Below, piece by piece: positions 20,264-30,350 of a DNA stretch of 64,000 nt. Position 1 is the first letter of the stretch; every line of letters begins with the position of its first letter. The notes under the pieces were generated by a model. That model was not told where the DNA came from and ran no database searches. It was given only the letters and a program-made list of their open reading frames with translations. A program made the position numbers and the translations under genes. The stretch lies in contig CBDAOI010000004.1 in the NCBI GenBank assembly GCA_965198005.1, positions 1,760,001 to 1,824,000 of the forward strand, given 5' to 3'. The DNA comes from Spirochaetia bacterium. Its GTDB lineage: Bacteria > Spirochaetota > Spirochaetia > SZUA-6 > Bin103.

Positions 20264-21593
20264 TACGGGCAGGCCGCCGTATTGCGCGGTTGATTGCAGC
20301 TCGGCCGGACGCCCATATCAGTCTCATATCACTCCGCTGCGGGAGCCACGTCGACCTCAAGCTGGTGCGTGTTATTCGGCAGAACAAGATACTGAGCACC
20401 ACACTACGACAAATCCGACCGATCGTGATACCCCAGGCGGCAGCCGCGACCCCTACTTCCGGATACAGTAGCATAACAGTGGAGAGATTGGCGGTCAATC
20501 CTATCCACACAACCCACGAGCAAATCCCTGGACGGTTGACACCGCGAAAGTACACCATAAGCACATTAGCCCCGCCGTACACAAGCACCCCAGGCGCGAT
20601 GATCCAGACGAGCCCCACCACTGAATAGAACGCCTCCGGGAAGATCGTTTGAATTAGCGGGGAGAGCAGTGCAAGCAATACGCCCAGAGCCACGCCCGTA
20701 GCCCAGGAACTCACCCGTCCACAGAACGATACTAACTCGGGACGGCCGGTGTCATCGCCAGTGACACGGGGCAGCAGCGCACTGGAAACCGCGTTCGAGA
20801 TGATGAAAATACGCATCATGAAGGCGCTTGCGACCGCAAAGAGGCCAACATCAGCTCGGCCAGCGATCATGCCTAAGATGATCACGCCCACTTGCATGTC
20901 GACAAGCTGCCCAAGCCGGGCGACATAGTACTTTAGTCCGTAGAGTAGAACATGACGAATCCCCAACCGGGAAGGCAGTACCCACCTAAGCCCGTAATTT
21001 CTTCTGAGGTACCTCAACATTGCTGTGATCATTACCAGGGACGTAGCCGCCGCAGCGATAATCGCACCATCTACACCAAGGCCCATTCCCCAAACGAGCG
21101 TTATCAGTGACAGCACATTGATCATCGTTTGGATGAGCAACAAGAACGCCAGCAGCGCAAACCGTCTGAGCCCTGCAAGCTGTAGTTGTATCGATGTTGC
21201 GAACGACGTCAAAGGGATCAGGACAAGCGCTAAAAAGAAGGAACGTGGTTCCGCCTTTTGGAAAAACCCAATATCACTCTGAATCAACGGGATAGCTATT
21301 CCACCGGCTAGTGCAGAGCCCACAAGACATATGGCAAGAGCCACTGACACTCCCTGCGAAACGCTTATCTGTTTCGTCATTACAAAGTGCTGTGCGCCGC
21401 GGTCGGCTCCAGGCGAGAACAGGGCGCCAAATAAGCCACCAAACATGACGCATACCGCATAGGCACCCCGGCCTTCCGGAAGAAGGGCGTAGGCGAGCAA
21501 ACTCTGAACCGCAAGGCCTGCCATGATGAGGCCCGCGTGAGTCGCAATCACAACAGCGACATCCTCGCCACCCGTCGTCTTCGGCCCGATCAC
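20256..21593 (-). CDS. wzx: Wzx-type oligosaccharide flippase (start approximate)
   Basis: ~12 TM helices, L.PEGRG.YA, VGLFAVA motifs; in glycan cluster. Confidence 0.8.
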   Translation of the reverse strand: MIGPKTTGGEDVAVVIATHAGLIMAGLAVQSLLAYALLPEGRGAYAVCVMFGGLFGALFSPGADRGAQHFVMTKQISVSQGVSVALAICLVGSALAGGIAIPLIQSDIGFFQKAEPRSFFLALVLIPLTSFATSIQLQLAGLRRFALLAFLLLIQTMINVLSLITLVWGMGLGVDGAIIAAAATSLVMITAMLRYLRRNYGLRWVLPSRLGIRHVLLYGLKYYVARLGQLVDMQVGVIILGMIAGRADVGLFAVASAFMMRIFIISNAVSSALLPRVTGDDTGRPELVSFCGRVSSWATGVALGVLLALLSPLIQTIFPEAFYSVVGLVWIIAPGVLVYGGANVLMVYFRGVNRPGICSWVVWIGLTANLSTVMLLYPEVGVAAAAWGITIGRICRSVVLSILFCRITRTSLRSTWLPQRSDMRLIWASGRAAINRAIRRPARNA

Positions 21594-21600
21594 CGTGTCC

Positions 21601-22824
21601 TTAGCCAACGGATCTCCTATCACGCATTGCCCTTGTTCCAGGTGAGAGGGTCCACCAAAAAGAGGTTCTTCCGAACTCTGTACTTGGCACATATCTGGCC
21701 GGAATGCGACCGCGCGACACCGATCCAAGGTACCGACCTGAAACGAATACGCCCCTCTCCTCCGCGACTGACGGTTTAGTTCCATAGTGCTGTCGGTACC
21801 ACGCTACGAAGCGCCTCACTGCTTCGCGAATAGGAGTTCGTGCCCGCAAGCCCACTTCTCTAGTCAACGTCGTACAGTCTGCCCACGTGGCCGTCACGTC
21901 ACCGGCCTGAAGACCGACTTTCCTCACTTTAGCCTTCGCTCCAAGTTCGTCTTCCAGTGGGCTAAGAACCTCCTGGAGGCCGCATGGTGAGCCGTGCCCA
22001 ACATTGTATATCTTTGCTGGTACTGGAGATATCGTTAGTCCCGACGAAGCGTACCGGGGTGCGACTACGGGTGATTTGTCCGTCAGGCGTACCACTACAT
22101 CTGCAGCATCATCTAGGTAGGTGTAGTCGCGCCGCATATCCCCGTAGTTGAAGAGCTCGATCGTTTCACCACTCAGAATTGCCCTCGTAAACTTGAACAG
22201 CGTCATATCCGGACGCCCCCAAGGGCCATAGACCGTGAAGAAACGAAGACCCGTAGTCGGAATCCCGAAGAGATGAGAGTAGCTGTGGGCTACCAGCTCG
22301 TTTGATCGCTTGCTTGCCGCGTACAGGCTGATCGGGCGGTGCGCGGCACTTGCTTCGGTGAATGGTAGCGATTGCTCCAGGCCGTAAACCGAGCTGGACG
22401 AGGCGTATACTAAGTGTCGGACCGGGTGCTTTCTCGCAGCCTCCAGGATACTCAGAAACCCGTGCACGTTGCTCGATACGTAGGCAAACGGATCAGAGAG
22501 CGAGTAGCGTACGCCAGCCTGGGCAGCTAGGTGGCAAACCACGTCAAACCGCTCATCGGAGAACAGGGCGAGAACGCGCTCGTGGTCGGTGAGGTCCAGT
22601 CGCATGAACCGCAAGCTTGAGCCCGCGGCGCGCATCACGGTGGCGTGCGGCTGGCTGGTGTCATCTGTCATCACCCCAAGCTCCCGCAGGTGATCGACCT
22701 TCAACTGCACGTCGTAGTACGGGTTGAGGTTGTCGATCCCGAACACCTCGTGCCCTTGATCGACGAGCCGGCGAGCTACATGGTAGCCGATGAACCCGGC
22801 GATGCCCGTAACGAGGACCTTCAC
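21601..22824 (-). CDS. UDP-glucuronate 4-epimerase-like NAD-dependent epimerase
   Basis: VLVTGIAGFIG, HLAAQAGVRYS, YASSSSVYG, YAASK, RFFTVYGPWGRPDM; GTG start 22824; C-terminal extension past FVAWY. Confidence 0.88.
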   Translation of the reverse strand: MKVLVTGIAGFIGYHVARRLVDQGHEVFGIDNLNPYYDVQLKVDHLRELGVMTDDTSQPHATVMRAAGSSLRFMRLDLTDHERVLALFSDERFDVVCHLAAQAGVRYSLSDPFAYVSSNVHGFLSILEAARKHPVRHLVYASSSSVYGLEQSLPFTEASAAHRPISLYAASKRSNELVAHSYSHLFGIPTTGLRFFTVYGPWGRPDMTLFKFTRAILSGETIELFNYGDMRRDYTYLDDAADVVVRLTDKSPVVAPRYASSGLTISPVPAKIYNVGHGSPCGLQEVLSPLEDELGAKAKVRKVGLQAGDVTATWADCTTLTREVGLRARTPIREAVRRFVAWYRQHYGTKPSVAEERGVFVSGRYLGSVSRGRIPARYVPSTEFGRTSFWWTLSPGTRAMRDRRSVG

Positions 22825-23468
22825 GTTGGAACGTAGTATCTCCGCAAGCCGCCCCAATGGCAACCGGGCAGGCGACGATTCCGTATGCGGGTACGGTTGA
22901 GGCACAGAGGATGACGCGAGGGAAGCTCGTGGCTACCACACCCGAAGACAAGCAACTCGACTACTGTTCGACTTGCGGGGCACCTCGTCCAGAGGGGGGC
23001 GATGGGGGGTGGCCAGGGAGAACCTGGCGGAGACCCACCAATGGGTGGATCAGCACTGGGCGTGGAGAATCCCCCGCCGCCGGAGGCGGAGCGGGCGGGT
23101 GAGGGGGTACTGGCCGGGACCTGGATCGGGGACGGCGAGCTGCAGAGCACAGGCCCGACGACGGGATAGCCTGTCGGAACATCGTGGAAGGGGGGGCGAG
23201 CGGCTGATCGACTATCCGACGTGGCTGGCGCTGGTTACGCGGTGCTTGAGCGTGGCGAATGCGCTGTCGATTCACGAGAACCTGCTCAACGTGCGGAGCG
23301 TGGCGGATTTCTGTACGTGCACAGCCACGCGCACGTGGCGGTCAAGTTCTCGCCCAGGCCACTGCAGCCCGGGGGGTGTGCCGATCCTGGTTGGCAGCAG
23401 CCGCCGGGCGTCGCTGGTGCGCTGTGCGTGTGGCTGGGTGAGGGTTGGGCTCCTTGGGATGTCGTGGA

Positions 23469-23605
23469 TGTGGATTCCGGGCGAACCCTACCAGTCATTC
23501 CGGTGAACCTTACCACTGAATCCGGGCAACCTTACCAGCGATTCCGGGGCAAGCCTTCCAATTTTGGGTGGTTACCGGAATCGGTGGTAGGGATGACCGG
23601 AACGG
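23469..23605. repeat. IS21-family (IS408/IS1162-like) terminus with multiple transposase-binding repeats
   Basis: Starts TGTGGATTCCGG; four direct copies of ~ATTCCGG-N-AACCTTACCA followed by inverted copies. Confidence 0.7.
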
Positions 23606-23755
23606 GTCGACGCGCATCAACGTCTCTTATCGAGGAAGCTTCTGGTTCCCACATAATGTTGAGCACCTATTAATGTGGAGTTGAGCCCGTAGGTCCTTGT
23701 ACACGAGGAACTTAGCGGGCTCCAACTCCACATAACAATGGCGTGCCCAAGATCA

Positions 23756-24775
23756 TCAGAGCGCCTCGAGCCATTCAAGAATGGTGGCATCCGAGCGCCA
23801 ACTGGCCAACTCCGGAGCGATATGACCGAGCGGGCTCGCCTTGGCAACCGCGGCACGCTTCATATCGAGATTCACTGCGGCGTAGCGGTTGGTAGTCTCG
23901 ACACTGACGTGTCCGAGCCAATGGCTGATGGTGACCAGATCGACGCCAGCTTGGAGCAGGTGGGTGGCGGTGGTGTGCCGCAGCAGGTGTGGGTGAACCC
24001 GTTTGCTGCGGAGGGTCTTCGCCGATGCGGATGCCGTGCCAGCATGTTTTTGCAGCAGGTAGCCCACGCCGAAACGGGTCAACGGTTGCCCACGACGGTT
24101 GCGGAACATGCGTGCCGTGGCGGCGGGCTGGTCGCCTTGCTCTTGCAGCAGGGCGTCCAGTGCCTGCACCGTCTGCGGCCACAAGGGGCAGATACGCTCC
24201 TTGCGCCCTTTCCCGCGGAGGCGGACTTGGGGAGGCCGTTCGAGCTGCAGGTCGCAGGGACGCAGGTCGAGGATCTCCTGCACCCGTGCGCCGGTGTTGA
24301 ACATGGTAAGTAGCAGGGTGCGGTCTCGCCGGCCGTCCCGGGTAGTGCAGTCCGGGGCCTCCAGCAGGGCTTGCAATTCGTCCGCTTCGAGATACTCCAC
24401 GACGTTCTGCGGCGCGCGCTTGAACGGTACCGCGAGGATCTGCTGACACAGCCCGAGGTGCTCGGGGTGGTGCTGCGCTGCGTAGCGGACGAAGGCATGC
24501 ACCGCCGCCAGTCGTACGTTGCGGGTTGCGATACTGTTGCCCCGCTCGGTCTCGAGGTGCGCGAGGAACGGCAGCAGATGCGCGGGCGCGAGGTGGGGAA
24601 AATCGAGTGCCGCCACCGGCCGCTGATGACGTGCCGCCAGGAATCGCAACAGCAACGTGATCGCATCGCGGTAGCTGAGCAGGGTATGGCGGCTGACGCC
24701 ACGGACCTGGGGTAGATCATCAGTGAAGAAGCCACGGAGGGCTCGACCGAGCGCATTGGGACGGATATTACTCAT
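23756..24775 (-). CDS. Tyrosine recombinase RitC-like (start approximate)
   Basis: NTGARVQE, GKGRKER, HPHLLRHT, WLGH....TT..Y. Confidence 0.9.
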   Translation of the reverse strand: MSNIRPNALGRALRGFFTDDLPQVRGVSRHTLLSYRDAITLLLRFLAARHQRPVAALDFPHLAPAHLLPFLAHLETERGNSIATRNVRLAAVHAFVRYAAQHHPEHLGLCQQILAVPFKRAPQNVVEYLEADELQALLEAPDCTTRDGRRDRTLLLTMFNTGARVQEILDLRPCDLQLERPPQVRLRGKGRKERICPLWPQTVQALDALLQEQGDQPAATARMFRNRRGQPLTRFGVGYLLQKHAGTASASAKTLRSKRVHPHLLRHTTATHLLQAGVDLVTISHWLGHVSVETTNRYAAVNLDMKRAAVAKASPLGHIAPELASWRSDATILEWLEAL

Positions 24776-25754
24776 GGTCAGCTCCCCCGGCCGGACCGAA
24801 GATGGACTGTACATGGCGCAAGAAGCGTTCGTTGGCCGCTTCGGCGACGGGTTCGAGCCAGCTCAGGTAGTAGGCGGTAGAGACCACCGAGACGTGTCCC
24901 ATGGCGGTTGCCAGCGTCGGTAGTTGGGATTGCACATCGATCCCGGCGTGGTACCAGCGCAGCAGGACGTGGACGGCATGGGTATGGCGCAGATCGTGGA
25001 CCCGAGGCAGCTCTCCCGCCGCGGTGCGGACCTCGGCGGCACGAAACAGACGACGGAGTCCTTGGGCAAGGCCCGCTCCGGTATAGGCCTGCTGTTGGCC
25101 GAGGCTATTGACCAGCAGGGGGCCGTCGACCGCAAGCGGCAGTTGGCGCCGTGCGGCAAGATAGCGATCTACTTCCCGCGTGGCATCCGGGGAGAGTGCG
25201 ACGACGCGGGACTTGTGGAACTTCGATACGCGCACCAGAAGGGTCCGCTGTGTCGGGCTGTAGTCGCTGATCATCAGCCGGATGAGTTCGCCGCGCCGCA
25301 GACCGGCCGTATACAGCAGCACGATCGCCACCCGGTAGACCTCGGCGCAGAGCGGGGAAGCAACGGTGGCGGGGAGCTTCGCGGCCGCACGCATGAGCGC
25401 AGTGATCTGCTCTTTGGAGAAGATGAATGGCCGGCGCGGCGCGCTCGGTGCCGGAAACCCGCTCACTTCAGGCACGAAGCAGTGTCGATCGGTCCGCTGC
25501 AGGTAGAGACACAGATTGCGCACGATGCGCATGCGCGCTCGCCGCACCGTCGGCGTGAGGTGGGTCAGGGTAAGCGTCCAGGCGGCGAAGCTGGTGGCGG
25601 TCAGCGTGGGCGCACGTTGCGCGACCAGAAAGCGGTCGAGGTCAGCCAGGACGACCGTCTCGTTCCGGTATTCACGACCGAGAGCCTGTTTGAGTTGGAG
25701 ATAGGCGGCGATAGACGGGCCCAGAGATGAGTGGAACGTGGAGCACGCGTTCAT
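24768..25754 (-). CDS. Tyrosine recombinase RitB-like
   Basis: GLRRGE, SKFHKSR, RVHDLRHT.AV, L...MGH....STAYY. Confidence 0.9.
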   Translation of the reverse strand: MNACSTFHSSLGPSIAAYLQLKQALGREYRNETVVLADLDRFLVAQRAPTLTATSFAAWTLTLTHLTPTVRRARMRIVRNLCLYLQRTDRHCFVPEVSGFPAPSAPRRPFIFSKEQITALMRAAAKLPATVASPLCAEVYRVAIVLLYTAGLRRGELIRLMISDYSPTQRTLLVRVSKFHKSRVVALSPDATREVDRYLAARRQLPLAVDGPLLVNSLGQQQAYTGAGLAQGLRRLFRAAEVRTAAGELPRVHDLRHTHAVHVLLRWYHAGIDVQSQLPTLATAMGHVSVVSTAYYLSWLEPVAEAANERFLRHVQSIFGPAGGADHE

Positions 25755-26980
25755 CGTTGCGCCTCCGTCTGTGCCGGCAGGTCGAGCGCGGCGGCTCGAA
25801 GATCGTCCACGTGCAGCCGCAGGTATACGCAGGTGCTCTCCATACTGCGGTGGCCGAACAGATCACCGATGGCCTTGAGAGAGGTTCCCTGGCGCAGCAG
25901 ATGCAGGGCCAGAGAGTGGCGCAGACAGTGCGCTCCCCCGGATCGAATGTTCAGTGCGCTACGGCTGCCCCAAACGCGGAACGCATCACCGACGCTGGCG
26001 GCTACCAACGGCCCTCCAGGCTTGCGGACGCGCAGGAACACTTCACGATGCGCAGATGCAGGGCGGGCATGTCGCAGGTAGTCCAGCAGGGCCGCGCCAA
26101 CCTCCAGCGTTAGCGGCAGGGCGATCGGCGTCCGGATTTTCGGACGCGGAACCTGAAACCGTCCGGCTCGCCAAGCGATGTGGTCCAGGCGCAGAGCGGC
26201 CACTTCACTGGCGCGCAGGCCGTAGGTGGCGATCAGCAGGAGTATGGCGTAGTCGCGGCGTCCCATTGCCGTTGTCCGGTCGACGGAGGCAAGCAACGTC
26301 TGCACGCTTTCCCAAGGCAGTGCCCGTGGCAACCGCTCGCCGCGGTACACCCGTGGCTGCTCAATTGCGGCGTCCAGACCGGGAGCGGCCTCGCCTCGGC
26401 CCGCCAGGAATCGCAAGAACGACCTCAGATGTGCCGCCTTGTGCTGGAGAGTGGCTCGACTCAGCCGTGCCGCGACCGATTTCACGAATCGCTCAAGCTG
26501 TGACGCGGTGAGCTTCGGCAGCACCGTCGGATCGTCGTCGAAGTGCAAGAAGCCAAGGAATTCCGACGCACTGGTGGCGTGCTGCTGCACCGTCAATGCG
26601 GTCAGTCCCCTCACATGGTCGAGGTAGTCTCGATAGGCACCGACCAAGCGTTCGCTGGGCGTGGCACTGGGGGCAGCGAGCGTCCCTCGCTCCTCCAGAT
26701 AGGCCGTCAGGGAACGAACGAGAGCGGATAGGTAGACGTCGTCATAGCAACGGCGTGGCGCGAAAGTCAGCAGCTTCGCCCTGGAGAGCTTGCTCAACTC
26801 GCGGATGCCACCGCAGTGCAGCAGGTTGTCGAGACGGGGCGTCTTGCGAATGCGCTGGCGAATCGGAATCCTCGCAAACCCCAGTGCGTCAAGCCAGCGG
26901 ACAAATCTATCAAGCTGGGGACCGAGTAGTGGCAGAGCGGCAAAGCGGGCATGTGCCCGCGGAAATAGATCGATAAGCAT
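25751..26980 (-). CDS. Tyrosine recombinase RitA-like
   Basis: GRRDYAIL, YGLRASEV, GAHCLRHSLA, GHRS..ST..Y. Confidence 0.9.
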   Translation of the reverse strand: MLIDLFPRAHARFAALPLLGPQLDRFVRWLDALGFARIPIRQRIRKTPRLDNLLHCGGIRELSKLSRAKLLTFAPRRCYDDVYLSALVRSLTAYLEERGTLAAPSATPSERLVGAYRDYLDHVRGLTALTVQQHATSASEFLGFLHFDDDPTVLPKLTASQLERFVKSVAARLSRATLQHKAAHLRSFLRFLAGRGEAAPGLDAAIEQPRVYRGERLPRALPWESVQTLLASVDRTTAMGRRDYAILLLIATYGLRASEVAALRLDHIAWRAGRFQVPRPKIRTPIALPLTLEVGAALLDYLRHARPASAHREVFLRVRKPGGPLVAASVGDAFRVWGSRSALNIRSGGAHCLRHSLALHLLRQGTSLKAIGDLFGHRSMESTCVYLRLHVDDLRAAALDLPAQTEAQR

Positions 26981-27247
26981 CGCGACCTCCGGATTGGTTG
27001 GTAGGCGCCAGCAGTGGCGCCGATCGCCAGCTTAGTCGACCGATTTATGTTGAGTTGGTACCCACTAAATCTCGCGTTAGCAAGGACCTACGGGCTCAAC
27101 TCCGTAAACATTCGGTTCACTGGTATCCCCGAGGGTAGTGAGTAAGCGCGCTGGCGCGCTGAACGGTAACCACTGACACTCAAGTTTCTGAAATTTCGAC
27201 TGGACACTCCCGAATTCGGGTGTTAGATTCTTGTAGGCGAGAGCTGG

Positions 27248-28915
27248 ATGAGGGGAACTGCTCGGCACACTGACGAGGAACGGCGCGGGGAGCGCTGCGC
27301 GGGGGGATGTGTCCACGTGGTAGCGAAACTGCGGCGGGAGAACCTGGAGCTCAAGCAGCAGGCGGGGTACTACCGGGCGCTGCACCGCAAAGCGGTGGCG
27401 CGCGAGCGGCGACTGAAAGAGCAGCTGAGCGGGGTGCGGACGAAGGCCCGGGAGTTGCGGCAGCAGCTGCGGGAACGGCGGGCGCGGCGCAACAACAAGA
27501 GCGAGAAGCGCGCCAAGAGCGGCAGCGGCAGCAGCGGCAGCGGCAGCAGCGGCAGCGAGGCGGCGGCAGCGCCGCGCCCGCGGGGCCAGCAACCCGGGTC
27601 GAGTGGGCATGGCCGGCGCGACCACTCAGCGCTGCCGGCGCAGGAGGAACACCACAAGCTGGAGCCGAACGCGCGCTGCTGTCCCCAGTGTGGCGGGGAG
27701 TACGGCGCGGCCGGCAGCGAGGACTCCGAGGTGCTGGAGATTGAAGTGCGCGCCCACCGGCGGGTGATCAAGCGCCAGCGGTACCACTGCAGTTGCGAGT
27801 GCGCCGGGGTGCCGCGGGTGCTCACCGCGCCGGCGCCGCCACGGCTGATTCCGAAGGGGATTCTGGGGGTCTCGATCTGGGTGCAGGTGCTGCTCGACAA
27901 GTACCGCTTTCACCGACCGACCTATCGGCTGCTGGAAGACCTGAGCACGCATGGCCTGGAGCTTGCGCAAGGCACCGTCACCGACGGCCTGAAACGGCTG
28001 GCGCCGCTGTTTGCGCCGCTGCTGGAGGCGCTGCGCGCGCGCAACCTCCAGGGTGACCACTGGCATGCCGACGAGACCGGCTGGTACGTGTTTGAAGCGA
28101 CTGACGAGCAGGCTGGCCAGCGCTGGTGTCTGTGGGTGTTCTGGGGTCGTGAGGCGGTGGTGTTCACCCTTGATCGGACGCGCTCGGCGCGGGTGCCGAA
28201 GGAGCATTTTGCGGGGGTGGCGGGAGGCATCGTGAGTGTCGACCGGTATTCCTCCTACAAACGGTTGGCCAAGGACACCCCGCTGGAATTGCAGTACTGC
28301 TGGGCGCATGTTCGACGCGATTTTATCCGCGTGGCCGAGAAATGGGACGAGCACCGGGAATGGGGCGAGCAGTGGCTGGAGCTGATCGGCGAGCTGTATC
28401 ACTTGAATGCTGTACGCCTGCCGGTGTGCAACGACCCCGTACAGTGGGCTGCGGCCGACGCGGCGCTGCGCGCGGCGGTGACAGCGATGGCGCAGCGGTT
28501 GGAGCGCGAACTGGCACAGCCGAAGCTGCATCAGGTGCGCAAGAAAGTGCTTACCAGTCTGCGCAACCACTGGTCAGGGCTGATCCGGTTCGTCGACCAG
28601 CCCGCTATCCCGATGGACAACAATCAGGCCGAACGCGCGTTGCGTGGGCCGGTGGTGGGGCGCAAGAACTACTACGGCTCGGGGGCGACCTGGAGCGGTG
28701 AGTTGACCGCCACGCTGTTCAGCCTGTTCCACACGCTCGAGTTGTGGCAGATCAACCCGCGCATTTGGCTGACCGAGTACCTGAATGCATGCGCCGCCGC
28801 CGGCAGTCGGGTGCCGGAGGACTTTGAGCGCTTCCTGCCCTGGAACCGCCGCGACCGGCAAGCACCGCGCGCCTCGCCAGCCCCGCCAGGGGCTGCCCCG
28901 CAGCGCGCCGCCTGA
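27248..28915 (+). CDS. tnpC: IS66 transposase TnpC
   Basis: G.QPG..G..R, CPQCG, HADETGW, DRY..Y, QYCWAHVRRDF, DNN.AERALR..V.GRKN. Confidence 0.92.
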   Translation: MRGTARHTDEERRGERCAGGCVHVVAKLRRENLELKQQAGYYRALHRKAVARERRLKEQLSGVRTKARELRQQLRERRARRNNKSEKRAKSGSGSSGSGSSGSEAAAAPRPRGQQPGSSGHGRRDHSALPAQEEHHKLEPNARCCPQCGGEYGAAGSEDSEVLEIEVRAHRRVIKRQRYHCSCECAGVPRVLTAPAPPRLIPKGILGVSIWVQVLLDKYRFHRPTYRLLEDLSTHGLELAQGTVTDGLKRLAPLFAPLLEALRARNLQGDHWHADETGWYVFEATDEQAGQRWCLWVFWGREAVVFTLDRTRSARVPKEHFAGVAGGIVSVDRYSSYKRLAKDTPLELQYCWAHVRRDFIRVAEKWDEHREWGEQWLELIGELYHLNAVRLPVCNDPVQWAAADAALRAAVTAMAQRLERELAQPKLHQVRKKVLTSLRNHWSGLIRFVDQPAIPMDNNQAERALRGPVVGRKNYYGSGATWSGELTATLFSLFHTLELWQINPRIWLTEYLNACAAAGSRVPEDFERFLPWNRRDRQAPRASPAPPGAAPQRAA

Positions 28916-28920
28916 CGCTG

Positions 28921-29802
28921 GTGCGCTACTGCGGGCGCACCTTCAGCGCGCAGGAGCTGGAGTTGATCCGCAGCCTCATGGCCGAGCATCCGGGCCACCA
29001 TCGGCTGGCCCTGTCGCGGCTGGTCTGCGAACGGCTCGACTGGCGGCGCCCCAACGGGGGACTGAAGGATATGAGTTGTCGGGTCGCCCTGCTGCGCATG
29101 CACCGTGCCGGCCTGATCCAACTACCCCCACCACGGCAGGCCTGCTACAACGGCCGCCTGCGGCGTCGCCGCACGCCGCAGGCAGAGCCCCAATCACCGA
29201 TCACCGGCAGCCTCCAGGGGCTGTCCGAACTGCACCTGCGCCCGCTCGCCACGGGCGCCGAAGCGGCGCTCTGGCGCGAGTACGTGGACCGCTACCATTA
29301 CCTCGGCTACACCCCGCTGGCGGGAGCACAACTGCGCTATCTGGTGCTCAGCGGGCCGCAGGTGCTCGCCGTGCTGGGGTTTGCCGCCTGCGCCTGGAAG
29401 GTGGCGCCGCGCGACCGGTTCATCGGCTGGAGTGCGGCCCAACGCGAGGCCCGCTTGCCGCTCGTGGTCAACAACGCCCGCTTCCTGATCCTGCCGTGGG
29501 TGCAGGTCAAGAACCTCGCCTCCTGGGTGCTCGCGCGCAGCTGCCGCCGGTTGCCGGAGGACTGGCACAGCCGCTACGGCTACCGCCCCCTGCTGCTGGA
29601 GACCTTCGTCCAGTCCGATCGGTTCGTCGGCACCAGCTACCGTGCCGCCAATTGGATCCACGTCGGGCAAACCCAAGGCCGCGGCAAACTCGATGTCCAC
29701 AACCAACACGCTCTGCCCAAGAAGGACATCTGGCTCTATCCGCTCCGCCGGGATTTCCGCCGCCGCCTCTGCGCCCCGCTCGATCCTCACCCCAACCAGT
29801 AG
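28921..29802 (+). CDS. DUF4338 (DruA-like) domain protein
   Basis: LSR.VCE.LDW, YHYLG, G..LRYL, RDRFIGW, NNARFLILPW, LLETFV...F.GT.YRAANW..VG.T.GRG. Confidence 0.85.
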   Translation: MRYCGRTFSAQELELIRSLMAEHPGHHRLALSRLVCERLDWRRPNGGLKDMSCRVALLRMHRAGLIQLPPPRQACYNGRLRRRRTPQAEPQSPITGSLQGLSELHLRPLATGAEAALWREYVDRYHYLGYTPLAGAQLRYLVLSGPQVLAVLGFAACAWKVAPRDRFIGWSAAQREARLPLVVNNARFLILPWVQVKNLASWVLARSCRRLPEDWHSRYGYRPLLLETFVQSDRFVGTSYRAANWIHVGQTQGRGKLDVHNQHALPKKDIWLYPLRRDFRRRLCAPLDPHPNQ

Positions 29803-29846
29803 ACCGAATATTTACTCAACTCCACATTAATAGGTGCTCAACATTA

Positions 29847-30350
29847 ATCGAGCACCAACAGAGCTACGGCCCCGACTTGGCGCAGCCGGCGCTGGTGGGT
29901 ACCGTCGCCGCGGCCGGCGCGGATCCAGTCGAGCAACACGCTGGTGCGTTCGTAGGTGACTTCGTATCCCTTGCGACAGGCGATGTGTCCAAGCGCCTGA
30001 GCTGCGTGACTTTTCCCGACCCCGCTTGGACCTACGAAAAACACATTTTCGGCCCGCTCCACGAAGCGGCAGGTGGCCAGTTCCCGCAGCGTCGGCGCGT
30101 GGATGCGTGGATTGAAGGAGAAATCGAAGGTCTCCAGGGTCTTGTCCGGAGCCAGGCCGCTCTTGGTGAGCCGGCGCCCGAGCTGCTTGAAATCCCGCCG
30201 CTCCGCCTCGTCGCTGAGCAGCATGTCGAGAAACTGGGTGTAGCTCCACTGCTCCGCAAGCGCCTGGTGCAGGCGCTCGGTGAGGGTGTCGAGCATGCCG
30301 GAGAGCTTCAAACGCGCCAGCTTCGGCTTCAGGAGTGCTAATTCGTCCAT
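29847..30350 (-). pseudogene. istB: IS21 helper ATPase IstB, truncated at Walker B by the RIT element
   Basis: L..LKL.GM, K.LE.FDFSFNP, GPSGVGKSH, ends LLVLD at the RIT IR. Confidence 0.88.

Larger units (their letters stand above)
27104..29815 (+). mobile_element. IS66-family element carrying transposase + DUF4338 gene
   Basis: IRs GTAAACATTCGGT / ACCGAATATTTAC; 8-bp TSD TCAACTCC at 27096-27103 and 29816-29823. Confidence 0.92.
23654..29846 (-). mobile_element. RIT element (recombinases in trio); right IR split by IS66
   Basis: 46-bp IR TAATGTTGAGCACCTATTAATGTGGAGTTGAGCCCGTAGGTCCTTG at 23654-23699; its reverse complement is split between 27081-27103 and 29824-29846; three overlapping tyrosine recombinases. 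Confidence 0.9.

Noticed and set aside
23469-23605. CRISPR or iteron array
   Set aside because: Short degenerate repeats starting TG fit IS21-family ends; same for 31990-32118
27521-27560. GGCAGC tandem repeat as a phase-variation tract
   Set aside because: In-frame Gly/Ser linker within the IS66 transposase
28921-29802. Druantia defence system
   Set aside because: No other dru genes; the gene lies inside IS66 ends
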